Source: Nitrospirota bacterium
GTDB lineage: Bacteria > JACPQY01
Direction of reading: 5' to 3'
DNA length: 64,000 nucleotides
NCBI GenBank assembly: GCA_016180645.1
Contig: JACPAV010000015.1
Span: forward strand, 1-64,000
In this document: piece after piece, positions 8,735 to 18,532 of the stretch
Numbering within the stretch: the stretch's first letter is position 1
Layout of the letters: the number at the start of each line of letters is the position of its first letter
Position numbers and translations under genes: made by a program
The notes under the pieces: generated by a model
Database searches by the model: none
What the model was told of the DNA's origin: nothing
The model's input: only the letters and a program-made list of their open reading frames with translations

Positions 8735-10938
8735 CCATGCCCCTCGTCACCGTGCTCATGGGCGTCCACAACGGGGAGAAATTCCTGGTTGAATCCATCG
8801 AAAGCCTGTTCCGGCAAACCTTATCCGACTTCGAGATCGTCATTGTGGATGACGGGTCGACGGATTCCACACCCCGCCTCCTGGAAACGCTGGCGCGGCA
8901 GGATGATCGTGTGAAACTTTTGCAAAACAGCCGCAAGATGGGTTTGGCCGCGTCGCTCAATAAGGGACTGTCCGTCGCGCGGGGCGAATTCGTAGCCCGG
9001 CAGGATGTCGACGATCTCTCCCTCCCCGAGAGAATCGGCGTCCAGGTGTCCTATTTGAAAAGTCACCCCGAGATCGGAGTGGCAGGATGCGACCACTACT
9101 TGATCGATGAAACGGGCGCCATTCTCGAATTGGTCCGGCCATTCAGGACCGACACGGAAATCCGCTGGGGAATGTTGTTTGCCAATACGATGAGCCATCC
9201 AACGGTCATGTACAGGCGACACTTGGCGCCGGTCGGGGCGCCCTTCTACAACGAAGCCGTCCGATACTGCGATGATTATGAGCTCTGGTTCCGCCTGCTC
9301 CGAAAAACAAGATTCGCCAACGTTTCCGTTCCACTCTGCCTCTGCCGGGTGCATTGCGGCCAACTCTCGGAATTTCATGCCCGGGGGGGGGGGAGGAATC
9401 TCGAAGCCGCAGGAGTGGCCCTGGCCGCCTGGCAGGAACTCGTCCCCGGGTCGAACGTCACCCGGGAAGACCTCTCGACGATCAGGCGATGGCATGGACA
9501 CCTGCCCCGCAGGCTTGCCCCCCGTGACCGCCCCCGGGCGGAGATCATGCTCCGGGCGTTCGAGAGTTTCCTCCACCGTGAAACCGTTGATCCCGACGCG
9601 GCCGCGGGAATCAGAGAGAAATGGATTACGCCCCTTGTTGGCCTCATGTGCCGCGGGGAGACCCTGCCGCATCCATCGAATGGGTTGCCGTGTCAGGAGG
9701 ATCCCTGGTCTCGCACTCTCAGGGTTCGCCGACTCCGTCAAATGGCACGGGACCGACTTGGGCGCGTCAAGCGACATGTCCTCGGGCGGCTGGGGGCGGG
9801 GACTCCGTCACGGCCCATTCTCGGCTACCGCGCGGCCTGCGCAGGCTCGCCGGGCCGGAGGGCACTGATGACGTTTCTGACGGAGCCTTTTCGGCAAAGC
9901 CCGGAGCAGGTTCGCGCCTCCAGCCACACTTTCACCGTTCAGGCCCTTGAAATCGCGCGGGCGTTTAACCGGCTGGGTTACAGTGTGGACGTGGCCGACT
10001 GGCTGGATGGGACTTTCGTCCCTCAAGTCCCATACGACGCCTACTTCGGCATGCACGTCAATTTTGAGCGCATGCTGCCATACCTCCCGCCTCGATGCGT
10101 CAAGATCTATTACGGCACGGGGGAGTACTGGGCCGATGAAAAAGCAGCCATTCAGGAGCGTGCCCGTGGCTTGATGTCCAGACGGGGAATATTGATTCCC
10201 CATCGGATACCGCTCGATTTTAACACCTGGGTGGAGCAAGCCGATGCGGTCGTGGTCCTCGGAAATGAAACGACCTCTTCGGGCTACCGATCGCACCACC
10301 CCCACGTACACCTACTCGACAACAATACGATTGTGGAGAGAGAATCCAGTCTCTCGGAGAAGAACTTTCACGCGGCCCGAAAACATTTCCTCATGCTCTG
10401 CGGCAATGGCCTTCTGAGGCGCGGGGTTGATCTCGCCCTTGAAGCATTTGCGGCCCAACCCGAACACCATCTGTGGGTGTGCGGCATGTTTCAAGTCGAT
10501 CACGATATCCCGTTTGTCAAGGCATTCAGAAGGGAACTTTTCCACACGCCCAACATCCATCCGGTTGGATGGGTGGACATACATTCTGAAACATTCTTGG
10601 AACTGACCCGCCGTTGCGCGTTCGTTCTCTATCCTACCGCCACCGAAGGAATTTCCGGCGCGGTGCTTTCGGCCATGGGGAAGGGGCTTATTCCCATTGT
10701 CAGCCCCAAGACGGGCGTGGATGTGAATCCCTTCGGAATCGTGATGAACGAATGCAGCGTGGCGGAGATCGAAGAACAAGTGCGGACCCTGGCGGGCACC
10801 GATCCCGAACGACTTCGTGACCGCGCCCGTGAGGCGCATGAAAGGGCGCACACCCGCTACTCTTTGGCCTCGTTCAGGAAGAACATTGAATCGATCTTGA
10901 AAACCATACTCGCGCGCCATGGGCAAACGACCGGATAG
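8731..10938 (+). CDS. Fused GT2 + GT4-like glycosyltransferase
   Basis: N-terminal VDDGSTD and RQDVDD (GT2); C-terminal EGISGAVLSAMGKG (GT-B). Confidence 0.9.
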   Translation: MTMPLVTVLMGVHNGEKFLVESIESLFRQTLSDFEIVIVDDGSTDSTPRLLETLARQDDRVKLLQNSRKMGLAASLNKGLSVARGEFVARQDVDDLSLPERIGVQVSYLKSHPEIGVAGCDHYLIDETGAILELVRPFRTDTEIRWGMLFANTMSHPTVMYRRHLAPVGAPFYNEAVRYCDDYELWFRLLRKTRFANVSVPLCLCRVHCGQLSEFHARGGGRNLEAAGVALAAWQELVPGSNVTREDLSTIRRWHGHLPRRLAPRDRPRAEIMLRAFESFLHRETVDPDAAAGIREKWITPLVGLMCRGETLPHPSNGLPCQEDPWSRTLRVRRLRQMARDRLGRVKRHVLGRLGAGTPSRPILGYRAACAGSPGRRALMTFLTEPFRQSPEQVRASSHTFTVQALEIARAFNRLGYSVDVADWLDGTFVPQVPYDAYFGMHVNFERMLPYLPPRCVKIYYGTGEYWADEKAAIQERARGLMSRRGILIPHRIPLDFNTWVEQADAVVVLGNETTSSGYRSHHPHVHLLDNNTIVERESSLSEKNFHAARKHFLMLCGNGLLRRGVDLALEAFAAQPEHHLWVCGMFQVDHDIPFVKAFRRELFHTPNIHPVGWVDIHSETFLELTRRCAFVLYPTATEGISGAVLSAMGKGLIPIVSPKTGVDVNPFGIVMNECSVAEIEEQVRTLAGTDPERLRDRAREAHERAHTRYSLASFRKNIESILKTILARHGQTTG

Positions 10939-12325
10939 GTCTCTACGCATCCTCTCGTTAAGCCCGGAAGATGGCCGGGGGGGGGCGGAGCAGATAGCCC
11001 TCCTGCTCCACAGGGCGTACAAGGCTGAGGGCTATGATGCCCGGCTTGCCGTAGGGCGCAAAACCTCCTCCGCGGAAGATACTCTCGCCCTGCCCCACGA
11101 TCCATATCGCACGCCGTGGGCGCGATTTCTGCTCCACGCAGCCGCGCGAATGAGGCGCGTCAACGGGGCTGGGGGATTCCCACGCCGCGCCGTAAAGGCG
11201 ATGGCGGAACCGATCCGGACCGCGCGTATGCTCCTGGGACATGAAGATTTCCAGTATCCGGCATCGGGCGGCCTGCTTGATCTTTTTCCCGACAGGCCCT
11301 CCATCCTTCACGCGCACAATTTACACGGCAGCTACTTCGACCTGAGGGCGCTTCCCTTACTCTCGTCACGCATCCCCACTGTGGTCACGCTCCACGACGC
11401 CTGGCTCCTAAGCGGACATTGCGCCCACTCGTTCGACTGTGAACGATGGAAGACGGGTTGCGGGAAATGTCCGGACCTCAACATCTATCCCTCCATCCGC
11501 CGCGATGCCACGGCCTACAACTGGCGGCGCAAGAGCAGGCTATTCGAGACATGTCGATTGTTCGTTGCAACCCCCTGCCGGTGGCTGATGGATAAAGTTG
11601 AACATTCCATGCTTCAGCAGGCGGTTGCCGAAAAACTCGTCATCCCGAATGGGATCGATCTGGACGTCTTCCGTCCGGGAGACAAACAGCAGGCCAGACA
11701 CGTGCTGGGACTGAGCCGGGACGCCGTCATCGTGCTCTACACGGGGCGCGGAATCCGCGACAGCGTTTGGAGGGACTATGCGATGCTGGTCGAATCGCTT
11801 CGAGCCTTCTCCGGCAGGCACGAAAAAGATGTCCTGTTTCTTGCCGTCGGCGAAGAACGTCCCGATGAGTCGGTGGGACGCATACGGATGCGATTCCCGC
11901 CCTTTGAACCCGACCCGGTGAAGCTGGTCCACTACTATCGGGCGGCGGATGTCTACGTGCAACCGAGTCGGGCCGACACCTTCCCGACCTCCGTGCTTGA
12001 GGCGTTGGCTTGCGGCACCCCGGTCATCGCAACGGCCGTGGGTGGAATCCCCGAACAGGTCAGATCGCTAGGGGTCGGATCGAACCCATCGAATCTGAAA
12101 CTGAACACCCAGAACTCCGCCACCGGCATTTTGACGGAAAAGAACGATGCGGAAGCGTTCGCCGGTGCGATGAACACATTGGTTGGGAACCGGGAGCTGC
12201 GCCTGGCACTCTCGGAGAACGCCCACCGGGATGCGGCCGATCGATTCGACATCCGAAAACAGGCCGGGGCCTACGTAACATGGTTCAGAGAAATTCTCTC
12301 TTCGCCACACGCCGGGCATGAATAA
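10919..12325 (+). CDS. GT4 glycosyltransferase (WcaC-like)
   Basis: GGAE, TLHDAWLLSGHC, Cys cluster, DTFPTSVLEALACGTP. Confidence 0.9.
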   Translation: MGKRPDRSLRILSLSPEDGRGGAEQIALLLHRAYKAEGYDARLAVGRKTSSAEDTLALPHDPYRTPWARFLLHAAARMRRVNGAGGFPRRAVKAMAEPIRTARMLLGHEDFQYPASGGLLDLFPDRPSILHAHNLHGSYFDLRALPLLSSRIPTVVTLHDAWLLSGHCAHSFDCERWKTGCGKCPDLNIYPSIRRDATAYNWRRKSRLFETCRLFVATPCRWLMDKVEHSMLQQAVAEKLVIPNGIDLDVFRPGDKQQARHVLGLSRDAVIVLYTGRGIRDSVWRDYAMLVESLRAFSGRHEKDVLFLAVGEERPDESVGRIRMRFPPFEPDPVKLVHYYRAADVYVQPSRADTFPTSVLEALACGTPVIATAVGGIPEQVRSLGVGSNPSNLKLNTQNSATGILTEKNDAEAFAGAMNTLVGNRELRLALSENAHRDAADRFDIRKQAGAYVTWFREILSSPHAGHE

Positions 12326-13967
12326 GCCCGATAGCAAATTCACCGGGGTGGTGGCCCTTGCGGGCGGGCTCCTTCTTTATGCGCCGGTCATGGGCTATCT
12401 TGCCGCCGGCAACTACGCCGGTGAGGAGGCCAAGGATCTCATCTTCGTCCGGGGCGTCCTGCTGGGGAAAGGAATCTATCGGGAGATGGACTGGATGTAC
12501 GGACCCCTCTACCCGCACCTCATGGCATTTTTCTTCAAGGTGACGGGGCTCCCTCTCGAGGTTCTGACACTTCGGTACCTGGCGGTCGCCTCGGGGTGCA
12601 TCGGTTTCATCGGGGCGTACCTCATCGCGAGGCGTTTCCTGCGGCCCGCCTGGAGCAGCCTTGCCGCCTTCATGAGTTGCACGGTCTTCCTTCCTCCCAG
12701 CTACACCTACAATCATCATTGGGCCGCGGCGGCCGCGCTGCTCGGTCTGGGGGTTCTTATGGGTCAGATGGAATTCCCCCGGCGCTCCCGAGTGGTTCTT
12801 CTTGCCCTGACCACCTGCGCAGCGCTCCTGTCCAAGCCGCTCCCCATCGGGGTAGCCCTGATGGGCGTCATCCTCGTTGTTCTCCTCCGGCTGGGAATTC
12901 GGGGGAAGGGCGCGCATCGACTACGGGCGCCGGCCGAGTTCACCCTGGTCGTTCTGGCCCTGACGGGCGCCGTCTACTCACTCTTCTTCGCGCGCGAGGG
13001 TTTCCACAGGGTTCTCGAAAGAATGTATCCGGTCACGGTCGAAGGTGAGAACCTTTCCTTCCACCTCGTCACGCCATTCCTGCATCCGGAGCGAATCCTG
13101 CAAGCCTGGGGTTGGATTCTGGAAGGACCCTGGTCCGGAGCGGGGAGTCTGGTGGCCTTCGACCATGTATCCTACACCCTCGATTTTCTTGCGGTTCTCG
13201 CGGGGGCAGGGGCCGCTTTACAGCTCCACCGTGAAGGACGCCGCGGACCCTCACGGTTCATGGCCGTGCTTGCCCTGGCGGCCTACGCCATCGATTCAGA
13301 GGTGATCGCTTTTGGAAGGGAACTGCTTTTCAGCGGGGTGCGCGCTCCCGCCATTCTTCTCCTTGTCGTCCTCGCTTTTCGCTTCGCGGGCGTGGGATAC
13401 TCTGATTCAAGAGAGCGGCATGGGCGACGGTGGGGGCGGATTGGGGTTTCGGCCGCGCTGGTCGGAATCACGCAACTACGGTGGGTTCTTCTGCGCGCCA
13501 TCCCCATGTTTGCCGCTCTCGTCGCGCCCCACACGGCCGGACCGTTGCCGAGCCGATTCTCCGCCGAAATCGACATACCGGGGTTTCGCGGTATTCGCGT
13601 CATGCCGGAAACGAAAGCGCACTTCGACGCCGTGGCACTGGAGGTCGAACGGCGCCTTACGGCGGGAAGAACCGCCGCTTCGTGGGGTGTGCCGGGCCTG
13701 GTCACTTTCTTGATTGGAGACAGAAATATCCTCTGGCTGGGAGTGAACAACCCTTCGCCGGGAGTGCTGCCGGGTCTCGAATCCGGGGCGCGGCCCGACG
13801 ATGTCTTTCTCCAGGAAATCCTGCCTTTGTCGACTCCCGGAGGGTGCGGTCACGACCTCTGGCCGCGACGTTCGGAGCTGGGATACAGGATGGTTGACGA
13901 GCAGTGTGGGAAGGTGTCGCGCACTTACTTCAGTCTTTTTGCGGCCTACGAACGGGCCGCGCCCTGA
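12318..13967 (+). CDS. Multi-pass membrane protein, GT-C-like
   Basis: GEE..., IYREMDWMYGPL loop, many TM helices. Confidence 0.65.
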   Translation: MNKPDSKFTGVVALAGGLLLYAPVMGYLAAGNYAGEEAKDLIFVRGVLLGKGIYREMDWMYGPLYPHLMAFFFKVTGLPLEVLTLRYLAVASGCIGFIGAYLIARRFLRPAWSSLAAFMSCTVFLPPSYTYNHHWAAAAALLGLGVLMGQMEFPRRSRVVLLALTTCAALLSKPLPIGVALMGVILVVLLRLGIRGKGAHRLRAPAEFTLVVLALTGAVYSLFFAREGFHRVLERMYPVTVEGENLSFHLVTPFLHPERILQAWGWILEGPWSGAGSLVAFDHVSYTLDFLAVLAGAGAALQLHREGRRGPSRFMAVLALAAYAIDSEVIAFGRELLFSGVRAPAILLLVVLAFRFAGVGYSDSRERHGRRWGRIGVSAALVGITQLRWVLLRAIPMFAALVAPHTAGPLPSRFSAEIDIPGFRGIRVMPETKAHFDAVALEVERRLTAGRTAASWGVPGLVTFLIGDRNILWLGVNNPSPGVLPGLESGARPDDVFLQEILPLSTPGGCGHDLWPRRSELGYRMVDEQCGKVSRTYFSLFAAYERAAP

Positions 13968-15193
13968 GCCGAGCCTTCGGGCTCCCCCTTGGTTCGTGAC
14001 GCAAAGTCGTCGCGGCCTGACTTTCGAATCGATCCTGCGAACCAACATGCAGCATAGGCCGCGAGCGCAATCCAAAGAACGTGGATCGGCACTCGGGTCC
14101 GGTCCAGGGACGTGAAAGCTACCATGGGAGCGGCGTAGCCCAGGAACATGAGGAGAAGCCAAAGCGGCGATCTCCCTGATGCCGGATCGCGAAGAAGAAT
14201 TCCGTAACCGACCGCGGCCAGAATGAGCAGGGCCAAAAGGGGAATCGTGTAGGAGATGTTTTCGAGCGGACTCTGGATCATTGCGCCGTCCCGTTTCACG
14301 TCGAAGATTTTCGCTATTTTCATGGCCACCGCTTCAGCCAGGAGACCCGGGTAGTTACGGACGAAGCGAGAGACTCTCATCTTGTGGAATTCATTGCCGG
14401 CCAACGGCCCCGTACGCTCTTCGGGAGGTATGTCGTCCGACATGGCCGATTCTGTCGTCCATCGCTCCGGCCCGTACCCGATAAGGGCGTCCCTCACCAA
14501 GCGATGGTAGTTGCTATCCAGGTTTTCCCACATGCTCCCGCTCCAAGGGAGGGAGGTTCTCGCGATGACGGTGTTGTGAACGAGCAGGAGTAGAATCGGA
14601 AAGATGACGGTCGCTATCCTGTGTCGCCATGAAACCTTTCGGGCCAGAGCTACGAATGCTCCGGCAAGGTAGTAGTCGGGCCGGGTTAAGAGGAGAAGCC
14701 ATCCGGCAACGCTGGAGGCGGCCGACCATCGCCACGGCCGCTCCACCACCCCCAGCACGGTGATCAGGTGAACGAGGACGAGGATGACCGGAATCAACGT
14801 GTGCCACCACGTCGCGGAAAGCATGAGAAGCGGGGGCAGGAAGACGGCCATCCAAGCGGCAAGAGCCGGGGCACCCCGGGCCGACGGTGGAAGGAGCCGT
14901 TGAGCCAGGAGAAGGATCAGCAGCGGTATCATCGCACCCACAACGCACAGCAGAATCCTGTAACGCTTCTCGCTCAGGCCCGAAATCCGGAACAGGGTTG
15001 CATTTGCGTATTGATTTCCAAAACCGTGGGCGGTGGTGTGATGCGGAATCCAATCTGGAACGACACCCTCATCCAAGTGGATATAGTAGTTCCTCGGGTT
15101 GGAGGTCAACGTTCCAGAAAGCGCCGAGACGCCGATCCGAAGAGCGAACCCCACCAGGAAGAGCGCGCACAGTTGAACGGCCTGCCTTTTCAT
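13946..15193 (-). CDS. Multi-pass membrane protein, GT-C-like
   Basis: ALRIG first helix, LDEG, LTRP and R.R.P motifs; convergent with and overlapping previous gene. Confidence 0.65.
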   Translation of the reverse strand: MKRQAVQLCALFLVGFALRIGVSALSGTLTSNPRNYYIHLDEGVVPDWIPHHTTAHGFGNQYANATLFRISGLSEKRYRILLCVVGAMIPLLILLLAQRLLPPSARGAPALAAWMAVFLPPLLMLSATWWHTLIPVILVLVHLITVLGVVERPWRWSAASSVAGWLLLLTRPDYYLAGAFVALARKVSWRHRIATVIFPILLLLVHNTVIARTSLPWSGSMWENLDSNYHRLVRDALIGYGPERWTTESAMSDDIPPEERTGPLAGNEFHKMRVSRFVRNYPGLLAEAVAMKIAKIFDVKRDGAMIQSPLENISYTIPLLALLILAAVGYGILLRDPASGRSPLWLLLMFLGYAAPMVAFTSLDRTRVPIHVLWIALAAYAACWFAGSIRKSGRDDFASRTKGEPEGSAQGAARS

Positions 15194-15289
15194 TGTCGGG
15201 CGAGAGTCGGTGGTGCCATAGCGCCAATCTATATCAGGAAACCGGGAGGGCAGGCCAGTTCTGTTTCGCTGACTCCACAGGGGGTCGGC

Positions 15290-16795
15290 TCAGAATTTCG
15301 GTGGTGAGACGGCGCGCCGCTTGGATTCGAAGTCGCTCAGAAGTCCTCTGAGGCGGCGAGCCGCAAATGGGAAGCGCCATTCGATGATCGTCTTGAGCCG
15401 GTTCAAGTAGTCCTGCGCGTCCTCCCACTTGCCTCTGCGGATGAGTTCCTCAGACACTTCGGCGTAGAGATCCAGCTGATAGGGCGAACGGGTGAGACTG
15501 TGCTCGATCATCTGCATGTACTGGGCGAGATCGTTCGACTGTTTTGCGAGTGCCGCGCGTGCGTTGGCTACAAAGAGGCTCGTGGGGAAGAATCCGTGGG
15601 CCTTGGTGAGGGCCTTCCTGGCAGTGACCGAATCCCCCACGGCCGCTGCGGCGACGCCCTGGAAGAGGCTCGTCGCGAAACATTCGAAGGATGTATCCAA
15701 CTCCTTCAACGTCTCCGCAGCGGGAGCGTGGCGGCCGCTGAAATGATCGTCCATGGCGGAGGCAAAGGCGGTTTCATAGAGGACGGGATCGCAGCGGACA
15801 GGTGGGGAGGCCAGGACTTCCAAGTAGAGTTCGGAGTGCTTCTGAACGGCCTCCGCGATTCCGAATCGCTCGGTCGCACGTTCTCGCGCCTGGCGCCGCA
15901 TCTTCTGGAAACGGTCCGGATCTGATCGGCGCATCTCAAGAGCCGCATCGACGCATCGGACGGCCTCGTCGAGCGAGTCTTGACGGAGGAAGAAACCGTT
16001 CTTGCCCTCTTCGATGATTTCCAAGATGCCACCCACGCCGGTGGCCATCGGCACTGTGCCTTGGGCCATCGCTTCGATGACGACCAGGCCCAGACCTTCT
16101 TCCCATGGGAAATGGACGAGGAAATCAGACTCGCGGAGGGCCCCATTAACATCCGGTGTGAACTCCACGCATCTCAAGTTCGGCGGTCCGGATACAACGT
16201 GGCCCAGGATCAGGCCCTCCACGTTCGGCGCGTGCAGCCGCGGCAGAATGTCGGCCAGGGAAAAAAGGAACTTCTCGGGCCGACCGATTTGGATCAGCTG
16301 GACGCGATCTGTCAGGGACCGTTCCAGGGGCTCGGCCGGGATGGGGGCCGCGTTGTAGATGACCCGACAGCGATCGGGGTCGGGCTGAAGGTCGAGGATG
16401 TCGTTCGAAACGCAGACCGAGTGCAAGTCCGGGAAGAAGGCCTTTCCGAGTTGAGTGGTTTGGAGGGATTCGACGATACGGGGACAGGCGGCGCGGGCGG
16501 CAAAATAGACGAGCAGATTCACGGGGGAGTCCTGGACGTGGATGAGGTCGCAATCCTCCATGAGATCGACGAGGGAAGAAAACGGCTTGGCAGGGTCAGG
16601 GTGGTGGAGGGGGATGCCTGCTTTGGGCAGAGTTTCTTCGAGAAGCGCGCAGGGCTTGACCGTAATGACGTGGGGATCGAATCGATTGCGATCCAGATGA
16701 GTGGCAAGGTTCAGGACGGTCTTGACGATGCCGTCCGCGGCGCGACCGCCGGAAGTCAGATAGGCGATGGTGCGCCGGGGGGAGGATGAATTCAC
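15290..16795 (-). CDS. GT4 glycosyltransferase with C-terminal TPR-like region
   Basis: EGLGLVVIEAMAQG, VGGILEII; helical C-terminus. Confidence 0.85.
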   Translation of the reverse strand: MNSSSPRRTIAYLTSGGRAADGIVKTVLNLATHLDRNRFDPHVITVKPCALLEETLPKAGIPLHHPDPAKPFSSLVDLMEDCDLIHVQDSPVNLLVYFAARAACPRIVESLQTTQLGKAFFPDLHSVCVSNDILDLQPDPDRCRVIYNAAPIPAEPLERSLTDRVQLIQIGRPEKFLFSLADILPRLHAPNVEGLILGHVVSGPPNLRCVEFTPDVNGALRESDFLVHFPWEEGLGLVVIEAMAQGTVPMATGVGGILEIIEEGKNGFFLRQDSLDEAVRCVDAALEMRRSDPDRFQKMRRQARERATERFGIAEAVQKHSELYLEVLASPPVRCDPVLYETAFASAMDDHFSGRHAPAAETLKELDTSFECFATSLFQGVAAAAVGDSVTARKALTKAHGFFPTSLFVANARAALAKQSNDLAQYMQMIEHSLTRSPYQLDLYAEVSEELIRRGKWEDAQDYLNRLKTIIEWRFPFAARRLRGLLSDFESKRRAVSPPKF

Positions 16796-17622
16796 GCGAA
16801 AAGCCGTACGCCGTTTGTGACGACGGTCTTGGAAAAACGCGTTCGGACGAATTCGATTGCTCGCGGAATGGCGCGGTCCGGTGGGAGTCCACGAGCGATG
16901 AAGGCCGCCACGGCGCTGGCCAGCGTGCAGCCCGATCCTCGGACCTCATAGGGACGCGGCCGGCGATTCTCATGCTCGACGTACTGGCTGCCGTTGAAGT
17001 GGAGGTCGATTTTGGACCGTCGACTCGCAGGGAGCTTCAGGAGGATGTGGGCGGCCCCCAAGCGGTGGAGAAGGAGAGCCGCCCCCTCCGCTTCGCTTCG
17101 AGGACGGCGAGAGGACCGGTCATGGAATGCCGGCGCCGCTACTCGGGGCCCCGTCCGCGCCCGACGGTTCTCCGGAGTCACCAGCGATCTCGCCTCCGCC
17201 AGATTCGGCGTGAGAACGGTGGCTTGGCGGATCAATCGCGGGTAGGCGGCGACGGCGTCCCGCGTCGCCAATTTCAATCCGCCCTTGGATTCGAGGACGG
17301 GATCGAGAACCACCGCAACCGGTTTGTGCCGATCGATCCAGGCGGCCAGCGCCTCGATGTTGGCTCGGCTGTACACCATGCCGATCTTGAGGACGAACGG
17401 CCCTTTGGAATGGGACGCCGAATTGAGCTGATCGAGTACCACGTGGCTCGACACCGGCTCGACGCGCCCCCGCCCGGAGGCGTCTTGCGTAGTGAGTGCT
17501 GCAACCACACCCGAGGCGTGGACCTTCAGATCACGTAGCGTCCTGAGGTCCCGAATCAGCCCCCCTCCACCCGAGGGGTCCCAGCCGGCGACTACGACGA
17601 CGTGATGGACCACCAATCCCAT
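16792..17622 (-). CDS. thiD: Hydroxymethylpyrimidine/phosphomethylpyrimidine kinase
   Basis: AGWDPSGGGGL, KIGM, VLDPV, LTPNLAEA, GSGCTLASA; start ATG 17622. Confidence 0.85.
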   Translation of the reverse strand: MGLVVHHVVVVAGWDPSGGGGLIRDLRTLRDLKVHASGVVAALTTQDASGRGRVEPVSSHVVLDQLNSASHSKGPFVLKIGMVYSRANIEALAAWIDRHKPVAVVLDPVLESKGGLKLATRDAVAAYPRLIRQATVLTPNLAEARSLVTPENRRARTGPRVAAPAFHDRSSRRPRSEAEGAALLLHRLGAAHILLKLPASRRSKIDLHFNGSQYVEHENRRPRPYEVRGSGCTLASAVAAFIARGLPPDRAIPRAIEFVRTRFSKTVVTNGVRLFA

Positions 17623-18443
17623 GCCTCGATGAAATAGTATGCCAGTGGCCCAGTGAAAACGAGACTGTCCAGCCGGTCGAGAACTCCTCCATGCCCGGGA
17701 AAGAACGCGCCTGCATCTTTGACCTGTGCGGATCGTTTGAGTTGGGATTCCGCGAGATCTCCCAGCATGCCGGAGACGTGAACGATGAGGGCGATACATA
17801 CGAAGGGAGCAACGGACGTTTGGACTTGAAATGCCCATCGCATGATGAGCGCCGTGGCGAGGGAGGCGATAGCCCCGCCGACGGCTCCTTCCCACGTCTT
17901 CTTCGGGCTGATGCCGGGGGCGAGTTGGTGCTCGCCGAAATACTTGCCGCCGAAGTAGGAGCCGGTGTCGTTAAGGAAAGTCACCCCGACGACGAGCATG
18001 AGAAAGATGAATCCATCCGTGATCGGCAGCGGCGTGAGATCAAAGGACATTTGTTTTTGTCGAAGGAAATAGAAGTGGCTCATGAGGAGGACCACATAGC
18101 CCTGGGGAAACAGCGTGCCCGCGATGCGCTGGAGGGCGGTTTCCTGATACGGACCGAGAATCGTGCTCAGCACGAGCAGGATCGAAAGGATGGCGATGAA
18201 CATGGCGGCCCCTTCGAGGCCATACGTGTACGCGACCAGGTTGAGACCGAGCGCGGCGACTACCCCGATGCCCTTGAAGGCGGGGATGCCCTTCTTCTCC
18301 TGAAGGTTGAAGAATTCGAGCACGCCGAACATGGTGACGGGGGCGATCAGCAGGATGAGGCTCCACGTTCCCTGCCAGAAGGCGAAAATGAGGTAGGGCA
18401 CGGCGACCACGGCCGTGAGGAGGCGCTTCGTCAACTCGGACAT
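17592..18443 (-). CDS. cdsA: Phosphatidate cytidylyltransferase
   Basis: ISPKKTWEG, GDLAESQLKR, PGHGGVLDRLDS; start 18443 or 18452. Confidence 0.95.
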   Translation of the reverse strand: MSELTKRLLTAVVAVPYLIFAFWQGTWSLILLIAPVTMFGVLEFFNLQEKKGIPAFKGIGVVAALGLNLVAYTYGLEGAAMFIAILSILLVLSTILGPYQETALQRIAGTLFPQGYVVLLMSHFYFLRQKQMSFDLTPLPITDGFIFLMLVVGVTFLNDTGSYFGGKYFGEHQLAPGISPKKTWEGAVGGAIASLATALIMRWAFQVQTSVAPFVCIALIVHVSGMLGDLAESQLKRSAQVKDAGAFFPGHGGVLDRLDSLVFTGPLAYYFIEAWDWWSITSS

Positions 18444-18532
18444 GCCCGCCATGCCGGAACCTATGCCACAAAGCCGAAGGGACTGCACTCTTTTCTTGCA
18501 CGCTTCCCGCTGCCTGATACACTCGTGCGGCT

